A DNA stretch of 63,659 nucleotides, the filler included, from Trichomonas gallinae (lineage: Eukaryota): the NCBI GenBank assembly GCA_008369845.1. It is 6 parts of 6 records of this genome, joined end to end, with 100 filler letters (N's around TTAATTAATTAA, not from the genome) between each part and the next. Parts side by side here need not be neighbours in the genome. Positions count along the whole stretch, not along the records: positions 36,583 to 49,075 come from MRSU01001413.1; positions 49,176 to 53,421 come from MRSU01001418.1; positions 53,522 to 62,000 come from MRSU01001419.1; 3 more parts are not named here. One strand, 5' to 3'. Of the stretch, positions 44,802 through 55,390 are shown in pieces. Below the pieces are notes generated by a model. The model was given only the letters and a program-made list of their open reading frames with translations, did not search any database and was not told where the DNA came from. Position 1 is the first letter of the stretch. Every line of letters begins with the position of its first letter. The translations under genes and the position numbers were made by a program.

Positions 44802-45642
44802 ATTTATATAATTGATTTCATGCTGCTTAAAGTAATAAACTATTTCTTTTATAAAATCGAATTTTTAATGTACAATGAAATGATGAACGTTTAACAAAGA
44901 ATTCATGATTAATTAGATCTGTTGATACAAAAAATATTAAATTTATATCTTTTTAATATCTTACAAATGCATTATTAATGCAGTTGTTGAATTTTCCGCA
45001 TGTATTAATTAAAATTTGTACAATTATTTTACAAGATCATCATCTTATTAGTTTTTGGTTTTATATGCTTAATATATGCATTAAATGAGTTATAGAGTAA
45101 CTAAATTCCATACTTTCAACAAAAAATAATTCAATTCTAATTAATCTTTATAATATTTACGTAATTTCATAATCGTTGCGCATTTACACTTCAAGATTAT
45201 TTATTTAATCATACAAGGTTTTGTGAACAAATGGATGAAATAGCGAAATAATGACTTTGAAAATTTTGAAAAAATAAAATATGAAGGAGTGAAAATTTTA
45301 ATCATTTTTTAAAACATAAAACTCATATGCAATTATATGCTAAAATTAAATAGGAACAATATGCATAAGATTTTTATTGATAAAAATTAACACAATTTCA
45401 TAAAAAATTTTTATTGGGAAAAGTGCCATACCAGGGCAACTAAAACTGCTTGGTCGGGTATGTATAATCGTTATAGTTACACCATTGGTGCCGGCGAACC
45501 ATATAGTGGCTAAATTCTAGCGCCATTTCGACGTGTATATTATATTCGATATGGCAATTTCTGTCACATTCCATTTCAAGGGTGCTGCGATTGATTTTTG
45601 AAACCATAAAAATTGTTAATTGGTAAAGATTAGTTATTTTAT

Positions 45643-48600
45643 TTAGATTTGGTGTGACAGAGTATAAGAGTTTTCTGCCTGACTAATGAGTGGTTGCGAC
45701 ATTTCGCTCGATTTCTTGCATCTAAGGATAAAGATGATAACAACGCCAACGGTGGCAAGGCCAAGAACAGATATAGATGTAGCAAGGACAATCTTCTTCG
45801 ACTTTTCAGATGCAGGGCTGCTGGTTGGTGGCTCAGGTGTGCGTGAGTATGGAATTGTTGTATATGGTGCTGTTGGTTCTTCGGTTGGTGTTGATGGTGT
45901 TGGCTGATTCTCATAGTGGATGCTGGCTGTAGATGTCAAATTGAATCCAAGGACTGAGAAGTCAGTTGGCTTAGAAATGGATGCTGTGAAATCTAACACA
46001 GACTCTCCTAAAGAAGAATCTTTGATTGTCTGGACTTCAACAATCTTTGATTTCTCGCCATCAGCGAAAGCGATTTTAACGTGTCTGTCAACGAAGTGCT
46101 TTCCTGCTGTAGCACTTCCTGCCTTTGTCTCAAAGAAAACTGTCGCGTTTCCATTTGTGCCGCCAACTCTTTCTAACTCGAATTTGGCACTTTCGCCTGC
46201 TTTGACATCTAATGCCAAAGTCTTCATCTGAATCATGCCGATGCCGTCGTTATTCAAAACCTTGAATGCCTGGATGCCCATCTTCTTGTCGTGTAAGACG
46301 CATTTGACTGTGTGAAGGTTATGGTTAACCAAACTTCTCGATCTGAAAAGAACGACATTCTCCTGTCTTTGTGAGCTTCTAGCGATAACTGTCTGAACTT
46401 TGACGTTATCAATGTATACATCGAATGTTCCATATTCTGGATCTGTTGGGCCAACTACGAAAACTGCTGTTCCAGGGAATTCGATGCTGGCCGAAGCTCC
46501 TGGTACTGTTGTTGTCTTGTCGTTTTCTTCCTGCTGCCAGTCGCCAGAGAACTGGATCTTCGAGATGTCATATTTCTCGAAGTCTGGTGGGTTGACTGGG
46601 CCATTGTAAATTATGACTGTCGAAGAAGGAGTGAATCCTAAAACAGCGCCATTTGTTGGTGAAACGATTTCACCAAAGAAAGTAAGATTTCCTGTTGTCT
46701 CTGTGTTGTTGATAGTCTTGACCATGACGAACTTCTTCTTTTCGCCTTCACGGAAATCTAGTTTCAATGTGACATCAACATAATGTCTGCCGTGAACGGC
46801 TGAGTCTGGAGCTGTCTGGAAAGTGACACTTGATGCAGATTTTTGTCCGCCGATTCTATCGATTTCTAACATGACAGCTCCGCCTTTAGGAACGTCATAG
46901 GTGGCTTGGTTGATCTCATACATGCCAACACCATTGTTGTCGAATGTGTAAACGCAGTGCAATCCCATTCCTTTGTCGACTAAAACGAATTTGAGTGTGT
47001 GCTCGCCATCTTCCAAGTCTTCTGAAACCCAGAGCATCTGTCTGAGCTTTCTCACTGGTCCAGCCATGTTCTGTCTTGCGACCTTAATGTCATCAATGTA
47101 GATATCCATTGAGCCGTGTCCTGGATCGATGATACCGTTGATCCAGACTTTTGTGCCTTTGAACTTTACCCATGCAGCAGAATTTGGTGTGTTTGTCCAT
47201 TTGCCTTCAGCTTCATTGTTCCATGTTCCGCTGTATTCGAGTTTGTCTGTCGAATAAACTGTTACGTCGTCTGGAATATTATCATCTAACGAAAAGTCTC
47301 CGTATGCCTTGTAGACGCCAATTCTGTCAATGACTGGGACTGCATGGCTGCCTGTGATTGTAATTCTGACTTTGCTTGAGACAACAGAATTTTGTCTGCA
47401 TAATCTTTTTGCGCCGACTGTTGTTCCTTCTTCGAATAACTTCCACTCATTATTCTTGAAGTATTCAACCTTCCAGCCCTTAATTCTTTGGCCTAATTCG
47501 ATATGCTCTGAGAATGAAACAATATCGAATTTTCTCTCTTGTCCGAGGTCGATTTCAATCCAGCCTGTTGTCTTGTCATCATCCATTGTCCAGAATGTCT
47601 CTGTCTTGTCATCAATTGCTTTGTCTGGTGCGAATTGAGAATCATTTCCACGATAGCTTGATGCTGTTGCCTTTGCGCCTTCTTGTGATGCAAAGTTTGT
47701 GTTGAATGTTCCTCTGATTGTGTCTCCGAGCTCAGTGACGCGTTTAACGAAGTCATCTGGCAATTGTCCAATCTTATTCGGTGGAACGTTAAGTAAGAAA
47801 GGCTGACCGCGGCCAACAGAGTTGAAATAGATTGAAGCAAGCTCTTTCATTGACTTTGGAACTTTGCCTTCCTTCCAGAACCATCCAGATGTAAGAGATA
47901 CATCGCATTCACCGATTGACCAGATATCTCCGTTTTCATCACCTATATTTAAGTATGCTGGCTCATCGCCACCATGTGTATCGTACCAATTGCGTTGCCT
48001 TGTCTGATTTAATTTCGACCAGCAAGTTGGACCAGCAGAACCGGCTTCATTGCCGATCCAGCGGATTGTTGAGCCATATGGTGAGAAAACAACAGCGCCT
48101 GGCTGCAATTTCTCGATTAAATCGAACCATTTCAAGAACCAGTACTTCTGGTCAGCAGCGCCTGTTCCTTTTGCGCCGTCCATCCATACTTCGACGAATT
48201 TACCTTTATTTCCGTATTTCTTGTTTGGATCGCCAATAATTTCTTGTAATTGATTCATATAATATTCATTATACAATACTTCGTCTCCGTAGTATTTGCT
48301 GTTTGCATCCCATGGAGAAAGGTAGAATCCCATGTTCATATCGTACTTAGAGCAGCTCTTTGATATTTCTTCGATAACATCTCCTGATTGACCAAGTTTT
48401 TTGGATGTTTCTTGGAACTGTTTACTTGCATTGACTTGGTGTGTTGTATATTGTGATTTCCAAAGGCAAAAACCATCGTGGTGGCGACCAATCATAATAA
48501 TTCTCTTAAAACCAGCATTTTTCAATGTAGAAACCCACTGATCCGTATCTAAATTAGTTGGAACGAACCAATTTTCGTCTTCTTTGCCATCTCCCCATTC

Positions 48601-48747
48601 TTTTCCTGTATATGTATTCATACCAAAGTGAATGAAAGCGGAAAGCTCTTCTCTATGATAATTCAACTGCCCTTGTGTAGGCAGTGGACCAAACGCAGCT
48701 GGTGGATCCACGCTTATAACGTTTTTAAGCAAAAATCCTAAAAACAT
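45643..48747 (-). CDS. Alpha-L-fucosidase (GH29) with F5/8 (CBM32-like) domain, two Calx-beta-containing modules and a TM anchor
   Basis: AFIHFGMNT, HHDGFCLW, YLSPWD, EVWMDGA (nucleophile), RWIGNE, ECDVS..GWFW, SVGRG..LLNVPP; Pro/Thr/Ser stalk and TM helix. Confidence 0.95.
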   Translation of the reverse strand: MFLGFLLKNVISVDPPAAFGPLPTQGQLNYHREELSAFIHFGMNTYTGKEWGDGKEDENWFVPTNLDTDQWVSTLKNAGFKRIIMIGRHHDGFCLWKSQYTTHQVNASKQFQETSKKLGQSGDVIEEISKSCSKYDMNMGFYLSPWDANSKYYGDEVLYNEYYMNQLQEIIGDPNKKYGNKGKFVEVWMDGAKGTGAADQKYWFLKWFDLIEKLQPGAVVFSPYGSTIRWIGNEAGSAGPTCWSKLNQTRQRNWYDTHGGDEPAYLNIGDENGDIWSIGECDVSLTSGWFWKEGKVPKSMKELASIYFNSVGRGQPFLLNVPPNKIGQLPDDFVKRVTELGDTIRGTFNTNFASQEGAKATASSYRGNDSQFAPDKAIDDKTETFWTMDDDKTTGWIEIDLGQERKFDIVSFSEHIELGQRIKGWKVEYFKNNEWKLFEEGTTVGAKRLCRQNSVVSSKVRITITGSHAVPVIDRIGVYKAYGDFSLDDNIPDDVTVYSTDKLEYSGTWNNEAEGKWTNTPNSAAWVKFKGTKVWINGIIDPGHGSMDIYIDDIKVARQNMAGPVRKLRQMLWVSEDLEDGEHTLKFVLVDKGMGLHCVYTFDNNGVGMYEINQATYDVPKGGAVMLEIDRIGGQKSASSVTFQTAPDSAVHGRHYVDVTLKLDFREGEKKKFVMVKTINNTETTGNLTFFGEIVSPTNGAVLGFTPSSTVIIYNGPVNPPDFEKYDISKIQFSGDWQQEENDKTTTVPGASASIEFPGTAVFVVGPTDPEYGTFDVYIDNVKVQTVIARSSQRQENVVLFRSRSLVNHNLHTVKCVLHDKKMGIQAFKVLNNDGIGMIQMKTLALDVKAGESAKFELERVGGTNGNATVFFETKAGSATAGKHFVDRHVKIAFADGEKSKIVEVQTIKDSSLGESVLDFTASISKPTDFSVLGFNLTSTASIHYENQPTPSTPTEEPTAPYTTIPYSRTPEPPTSSPASEKSKKIVLATSISVLGLATVGVVIIFILRCKKSSEMSQPLISQAENSYTLSHQI

Positions 48748-49075
48748 TGTATTTATGACAGATTTTTTCGCCCGATTTTTATAAGTATTTGCACTGCTTA
48801 GACGATTCTATTCACATATATCAAATAAAAACACGATGATTTCGATGTCATTTTTTAAAAATCAAATTTCAATGGTGTTCATCCCCTTATTAATTGAGCA
48901 TTTGATTATTTTTGTGAATTTTATTTGCTCATAATGGCTAAGAGAAAATTACTCATCCAGTACTTAACAAAAATCATTTTAAAATTTTTTTGATCTACTG
49001 TTGCTCATTTTTTCGATGTCAGACAGCTTTTTCGATACGTATTCAATTTTTTTGGTCGGTTTTATTTGATATTTA

Positions 49076-49175
49076 NNNNNNNNNNNNNNNNNNNNNNNNN
49101 NNNNNNNNNNNNNNNNNNNTTAATTAATTAANNNNNNNNNNNNNNNNNNNNNNNNNNNNNNNNNNNNNNNNNNNN
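49076..49175. other. Artificial contig-join spacer
   Basis: 44 N + TTAATTAATTAA + 44 N. Confidence 0.98.
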
Positions 49176-49226
49176 AAAATAGGTTTAAGAACATCATGAT
49201 TTTTAGCATGAAAAAAATTGTGATGT

Positions 49227-49947
49227 TTACATTTTACAATACGGTGCACCCTTAAATAATGGTGGAGTTTTATTATTAATAATAATGCATTCTTCTACAA
49301 TTAAATATGGTGATTCCCATAATACAACTACATCTGGACCATTATTTTGTTCAATATTACATGAAATTAACTTTCCTGAGCTTTTACAAGATTCATAAAT
49401 TACAACGTATTGACCTGTGCAATTTTTTACAGTTGAATGAATTGATAATGGATTATATGGTCCAAAATATGTAATTCCTGGTTTGAAGCATTTAATATTG
49501 GTAAGATTTACATTACTTGTTAAACTTTCTCCGAAATATAAATTGAAATTCTGGGATCCTTTTAAAGTTCTTTTTGATGAAATCGTAGAATAATTGCAAT
49601 AATTTTTACTTTTTTCTTTATTAGAAACATAACTATTAACAAAACATCCTTGTCCAGTAGCATCACATTCAATTCCGCAGAGTCTATTCATGCAGCATTC
49701 CCCTTTGGAATTAAAATTTATTGCTCCACCATACCCAGATGAAACAACATTTGTAAATGAGCTATATTCAACAAGTAGTCTATTAGTATCTAAGTTTGAG
49801 CTTGCGAATCCAATGGATCTAGAGGAACTATCTTGGAAATTGCAATTATCAACGTGGTATTGGCCAGGATTGGTGATTTCACCACCGCTGAATGATGATC
49901 CACTACCATCATAGTATTGATTCCATGATGATCGCAATGACCATCAT
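49227..49947 (-). pseudogene. Trichomonad beta-helix-like (GGAI motif) family member, probably disrupted at the 5' end
   Basis: Open frame WSLRSSWNQYY..RLLVEYSSF..GGAINF..C has no in-frame ATG at its start; the adjacent ATGs (49944-49947) are out of frame. Confidence 0.5.
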
Positions 49948-50181
49948 AAATTTTATCCTTATTTTATCCCCTCAGAAAATTTTTTGAAGGGAATTGGCAA
50001 TAAGTCATTGATATTTAAAAGTGACAAAATTTTATATTGATCCCTGAGGTTTTCGATTTTCTTGTAAAAATATCTGTCTGTTATTGTAACTGCAAAAATA
50101 ATCGAATAAATATAAGGATAAAAAATTAACCTCGGTAACTATTGAAAAAAAAATAAAATCATTCTTTATTGCATAACAAAC

Positions 50182-51588
50182 ATGTTATTCGACCCAACAG
50201 CTTTCCAAATTAAGTCGATTATAATGCCTGATGGTACAGTAGTTGAATTTAAGGCCTACGAAAAACTTTTTTATGTATCGAATATTGAAGATGAAAATTA
50301 TCAATATTTAAACTATTACGTACCATTAAAATTGAAGACAGACAAACCTCCAATATTATTGAGAACATATATTGGAGGCTACTTCGCAGGCCGCGCAAAC
50401 GATCCATCTCCACTCGATGCAACAGGAAGAGCATTGAAAGAAGGCTACATTGTTTGTATTCCAGGAAGCAGGGGATCAAATTCAACGATAGTAGATGAAC
50501 AAGGCAAAACCATTTACACAGGAAGAATCCCATCAGGTTTAATCGACTTAAAAGCTGCAATAAGATGCTTAAGGTTAAATCGCGATAAAATTGTTGGTGA
50601 CACAGAAAAAATTATCATAGATGGAACTAGTGCAGGTGGAGCTATGTCTGCACTTGTTGGATCTACAGGCAATCATCCAGTTTATGAAGAATATTTGACA
50701 AAAGTTGGCGCAGCAAAAGAAAGAGATGATGTTTTTGCTTCAGTCTGTTATTGTCCAATAACTGATTTAGATCACGCCGATATGGCATATGAGTGGCTCT
50801 ATCAAATAACTGATGCTAGGAAGAATGTTGCTGATGAAAAACAAAAGAAAATCTCTCAAGAATTAGCTTTACTTTTTCCTTCATATTTGAACTCGCTCAA
50901 TTTGAAGCAAAAAGATGGAAAACTTATTACAGTTGATAATTATATGGATTACATTAAAACATTTATCATTACATCAGCACAAAGAGCAAAGAATGAAGGA
51001 TTTGATATCCCTGATGATATGGGCTTCAAGTTTTCCGAAGATCCGATTTCAACGATGATGCGCAACCGTCCAAATCCAAAAGAACATGATAGAGCTCCTC
51101 CATCTTTTGGTCCACCAGGAAGAGTTTTCGAGAAACGCCAAGGAGAATTTGTGCTTGATGTAGACATGGAGAAGTATTTGAACTACGTTGCATCTAAAAA
51201 GCCACTTAAAACAATTCCAAGTTTTGATGCCATGAATGTTGCTGGAAATAAAGCAACTCCAGAAAATATGGCATTTGGCGACGCAGAAGGGAATTCATTT
51301 AATTTCACTGAATTCCATCGAGAAGTATCAGCTGAAATGAAAAAGAGAGTTTTCATGATGAATCCTATGAATTTCATCAATGACAGAAATGCTGTAAAAG
51401 CTAAACATTTCTTCATCAGGCACGGTGCAAAAGACAGAGACACGTCATTTTGCGTACCAATAAATTTAGCGACAAAATTAATGAATGCAAACATTGAGGT
51501 TAACTTCTTCCTTCCATTCAACAGGCCTCATTCAGGTGACTACAATTTAGATGATCTTTTCAATTGGATAGAAAATATCACAAAATAA
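50182..51588 (+). CDS. Bacterial-type tannase-like alpha/beta hydrolase
   Basis: DLKAAIR.LR, DGTSAGGA (nucleophile Ser), YCPITDLDHADMAYEW, MNPM, IRHG.KDRDTS (Asp), PHSGDY (His); Inr TCATT at 50159. Confidence 0.88.
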   Translation: MLFDPTAFQIKSIIMPDGTVVEFKAYEKLFYVSNIEDENYQYLNYYVPLKLKTDKPPILLRTYIGGYFAGRANDPSPLDATGRALKEGYIVCIPGSRGSNSTIVDEQGKTIYTGRIPSGLIDLKAAIRCLRLNRDKIVGDTEKIIIDGTSAGGAMSALVGSTGNHPVYEEYLTKVGAAKERDDVFASVCYCPITDLDHADMAYEWLYQITDARKNVADEKQKKISQELALLFPSYLNSLNLKQKDGKLITVDNYMDYIKTFIITSAQRAKNEGFDIPDDMGFKFSEDPISTMMRNRPNPKEHDRAPPSFGPPGRVFEKRQGEFVLDVDMEKYLNYVASKKPLKTIPSFDAMNVAGNKATPENMAFGDAEGNSFNFTEFHREVSAEMKKRVFMMNPMNFINDRNAVKAKHFFIRHGAKDRDTSFCVPINLATKLMNANIEVNFFLPFNRPHSGDYNLDDLFNWIENITK

Positions 51589-51996
51589 ATAGCAGCAAAA
51601 TTGAATAAATTATGAAAAATTCAAAATGTATATTAAAGTTAAGAAAATCAAAACCTAAAGTTATAATGAAGCATTTGTCTTATCATATCTAAGTCAGAAT
51701 GTTCAGCAATTTTAATGAAATGATATTCGTTAAATATTTTTAATAAGATATTATTAAATTGTTGTTAAATGGGTTGTTAAACTATATATCGTCTTATCCT
51801 GCGTATAATGATTGGCAGAGACTGACTTTGAAAAATAAATTAAATTTATTATGAATTTTTGATGATTTTTTGATTCAAAATAGGAGTTTTCTAATATATT
51901 AATTATATTTATAAAATTTATTTATACTTATTTTTATTTAGGGGCTGATATAAATTAATGGGGGATGGAAATCTTATCAAGTTATTTTTCAAAAAA

Positions 51997-52941
51997 ATGA
52001 ATTTATCATATTTAGATTCAATATTAGTTAAACTGATAAATCTTCGTTCTATGCCTCGAGGAACACGTTCTGGCATCACAGAGGATGAAATTATCAGTTT
52101 ATGTATAACCACTCGCAAAATATTACTAGCGCAGCCAACATTACTTAGACTCAAAGCCCCTGTTAACGTTTGTGGTGACTTACATGGTGATTTTTACGAC
52201 CTATTGCGAATATTCGAAATCGGAAAATATCCACCCTTCTCTAATTATCTTTTCCTTGGCGATTACGTTGACAGAGGCAAGCAAGCGATTGATGTTGTTG
52301 CTTTATTGTTCGCTTTGAAAATCAAATTTCCCAAAAATTTTTTTCTTCTAAGAGGAAATCACGAAAACTGGAAATTAAATCGTGCATATGGATTTCTTGA
52401 CGAATGCGTTTCAAATTTATCTGATAAAACATGGAAAATGATTAATGAAGTTTTCAGATGCCTTCCTTTGGCAGCTATAATCGAAGATGAAATTTTCTGT
52501 GTCCATGGTGGCATTTCTCCATCTCTTGATTCCCTTGATGATATATATAAGATCAAAAGACCGATCGATTTATCGAATTCTGGATTAATTGCCGATTTAC
52601 TATGGTCAGACCCAAATCCTAATGTTGAAAATGGGGATTGGGCTCCTAGTGACCGCGGAATTGGATGTCTTTTTGGTCCACAAGCTTCTTCAAGATTTTG
52701 TATGAAATTTGGTTTTTCATTGATACTTCGCGCTCATGAAGTTGCACCTATTGGGTATATGTTTCCATTCCCTGATGATAAATCAATTGTTACGATTTAT
52801 TCATCGAGTGCAACTCCTGATGTTAAATCTGGAGCTTTTCTCCGCATTGATGAGGATCTCAATTGCGAATTCTCTATATTTTCAGCTATAGAAGAAGAAA
52901 AACCTCCAAATCCACAAAATTTGGAAAATTCTTCTGCCTGA
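51997..52941 (+). CDS. PPP-family Ser/Thr phosphatase, PP1-like
   Basis: GDLHG, GDYVDRG, RGNHE, HGGISP, DLLWSDP, RAHE; start is 51997 or 51958. Confidence 0.93.
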   Translation: MNLSYLDSILVKLINLRSMPRGTRSGITEDEIISLCITTRKILLAQPTLLRLKAPVNVCGDLHGDFYDLLRIFEIGKYPPFSNYLFLGDYVDRGKQAIDVVALLFALKIKFPKNFFLLRGNHENWKLNRAYGFLDECVSNLSDKTWKMINEVFRCLPLAAIIEDEIFCVHGGISPSLDSLDDIYKIKRPIDLSNSGLIADLLWSDPNPNVENGDWAPSDRGIGCLFGPQASSRFCMKFGFSLILRAHEVAPIGYMFPFPDDKSIVTIYSSSATPDVKSGAFLRIDEDLNCEFSIFSAIEEEKPPNPQNLENSSA

Positions 52942-53421
52942 TTGTTTTGTTTATTTGTTTGTAAATAATATTATCATGTATTGCATCTATATTCTTATTA
53001 AAATAGGCTTCAGAGTCATTTCAAAAATTAATAGGGATTTTTCATTCAAAATAATCATATTACGCTAATTCTTAGGAATATTACTTATAGACAATCTGGA
53101 TTGTATTTGATTTTAATTTTTATTTTAAACCAAATTTTTCTGCAACGTCAAAGTTAATATTTTAGTGTCATATTATCATTTTATGAAAAATAATATTAAA
53201 TAAATGCTTATTTTAAAATTTTTATTTGCAGAATAAATAATCAAATCGTTGCATACTCATTGTCAACCCAGAAACTGTTATATACTATTTATAACTATTG
53301 AACAACATATTTTGAGGTTTTGAATTCGGAATAAAAAATTGATTTAAGGGATGGCTCAACCGTTTTTTTCTCGGGCCTAAAAAACAGGGTCTATCAGCCC
53401 CCATGTTTGCTTTAGTACGTC

Positions 53422-53521
53422 NNNNNNNNNNNNNNNNNNNNNNNNNNNNNNNNNNNNNNNNNNNNTTAATTAATTAANNNNNNNNNNNNNNNNNNNNNNN
53501 NNNNNNNNNNNNNNNNNNNNN
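53422..53521. other. Artificial contig-join spacer
   Basis: 44 N + TTAATTAATTAA + 44 N. Confidence 0.98.
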
Positions 53522-53914
53522 CGGTCTTCTTGCGGCCAAAAACTTGGACACTCTTCATAGAAAGGACGGACCTGGCAAGCCGCAAAATGCTCTCAATTCG
53601 CTCAATTTTTGTTTTTTAGCCTGATTTATTTGTATATTCTTATATTAATACTAAATATTACAAAATTACGGAATTTTCAAAATTTTATCTGGATATCTTT
53701 ATTAATAATCGGTTTCAACATGATAATACCAGTGAAAACCTAGTATATCGAAATATATACATATTAATGACATAAAATCGATTAGATTCTATTACAATCA
53801 AAATACATGAAATATATTTTTCAAATTCCAAATGAGAAGCTATTTTTTGCATCATGTCTCAAAATATTTTCATGGGAACAATTATATTGTAATTAAACAA
53901 AAACATAATTTAAT

Positions 53915-55390
53915 CTATGCTTTGAGTGTTGCTGCAAGTAACTTAAGGGTAGTGTCGTCATCGAAGAGATGAAGCTCCAGGGGCCATTCTGACTTGTCAT
54001 ACTGCGAAAGAGCAACATTAGAATTCTCATTTTTCAACAAAAACAGTGTAGGTTCGAAAATTAAGCCTTTTCCGCCGAGAATTTCTTGTCTCTTGATTCC
54101 ACCTGGCATCCTGTGTAGGAGGAAGTATATAAGGAGTGTGTCCATGTCTGGTTTGCCGCCTGCGCCTTCTGCTGGTGTTCCTTTGAATAATTTTTCGACG
54201 CCAAGCTTTTTAATTGCAGGACCTACTTCTGTTCCAGAGAAAACCATCCTTAATACATCTGCCGCAGCTGCTTTCGCTTGGATTTCATGATGTATTTCAT
54301 GATTGATACTTGAATCAAATTCCACAGAATCTTTTGGAGCCGTGAAGTGGTGAACAGTCATGTAAACGTTATTCTGGCATTGTGAAAGCTCAACAATATT
54401 GAGAGATTTCGGCATTTCTGGGAATTCACAATGCAATTTCATTGAAGCGCCGCGGGCGGCAGAAAGACTGATAATAGAAAGCTTCGGTGTGAGCCTAACT
54501 GATCCATCACTGCTTGTGACTTTTTCAGCTTCGATTTCCCTTGGCATCATAAAAGTTGATTTTAGTGGCTGTGGAATTGCAAATAACTTGCGTAAAGATG
54601 CAGCGCAGTATGTTGATATACCGAAAACGACGCCAAAAGAGAACCTTGCAATAGCAGCAAGGCGTTTAAATGATTGAGCAGCTCCAAAGTGACAAACACC
54701 GCCAAGACTGACAATGGATTTGCCTGCATTTGTTGCTGTACTTGCATTAATGGGTTTAATTTCACGTTTAGTGAGAGAAATAATGTTATGTGGATAATAT
54801 GCGTGATGAAGTTGTATTTTGACGATTTCTAATGCGCTGATTATATCTATTTGTTGTTCTTTATCAACTTTAACGTAGTTGTAAAGTGCTGGTAAAGCAG
54901 GAATAATGATATTTTGAATATCTTGTTTGCTTAAATAATAAAGCTTGGATTCAATAAATCCCTCTGGATCAACGATGTTATCAAATATTGGCATGCCTTT
55001 TTGATGATATAATAAAATATGATCAACAGCGAGGCCGATAATAACTGCTTTAGAGTGTTCAGCCATATTTTCAGCAAGTATCTGAAGCGCACTTGTTGTT
55101 ATTTCAATTGGAAAAGCAAGATCCAAGATATAAAAATAATTTATATCTGGAAGTTTCGTTTTTTCATCAATTTTAATCGTTTGTGAAATATACTTAGCTG
55201 ATGTATTGCAAATTGGGCAGTCAAATGTTTTTTCTTCTGTTGGGAATAAATAGCAATCGCATTTTTTGCATTTTTCGATTGTATAACTTTCGGAGCTGAC
55301 ATTTGATGGTGTAAAAGAATTGTGGATACATCCAAATACTTCATTTGTTTCTTCTGGAGGAAGAATATTTGTATTGAATCTGTAACACAT
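53915..55390 (-). CDS. Divergent Sec23/Sec24-like protein (zinc finger plus vWA/trunk-like region)
   Basis: CKKC..YL....FDCPICN zinc finger, then YFYILDL; ATG 55390 follows Inr TCACTT (55414 is the alternative start). Confidence 0.7.
   Translation of the reverse strand: MCYRFNTNILPPEETNEVFGCIHNSFTPSNVSSESYTIEKCKKCDCYLFPTEEKTFDCPICNTSAKYISQTIKIDEKTKLPDINYFYILDLAFPIEITTSALQILAENMAEHSKAVIIGLAVDHILLYHQKGMPIFDNIVDPEGFIESKLYYLSKQDIQNIIIPALPALYNYVKVDKEQQIDIISALEIVKIQLHHAYYPHNIISLTKREIKPINASTATNAGKSIVSLGGVCHFGAAQSFKRLAAIARFSFGVVFGISTYCAASLRKLFAIPQPLKSTFMMPREIEAEKVTSSDGSVRLTPKLSIISLSAARGASMKLHCEFPEMPKSLNIVELSQCQNNVYMTVHHFTAPKDSVEFDSSINHEIHHEIQAKAAAADVLRMVFSGTEVGPAIKKLGVEKLFKGTPAEGAGGKPDMDTLLIYFLLHRMPGGIKRQEILGGKGLIFEPTLFLLKNENSNVALSQYDKSEWPLELHLFDDDTTLKLLAATLKA

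Noticed and set aside
45421..45500. 5S rRNA or tRNA similarity (GCCATACC; GGTTCGCCGGCACCA on the minus strand)
   Set aside because: Only short matches; no cloverleaf or 5S internal boxes
45643..51588. Fucosidase plus tannase as a horizontally acquired island
   Set aside because: Separated by an artificial join and a host-family gene; linkage unproven
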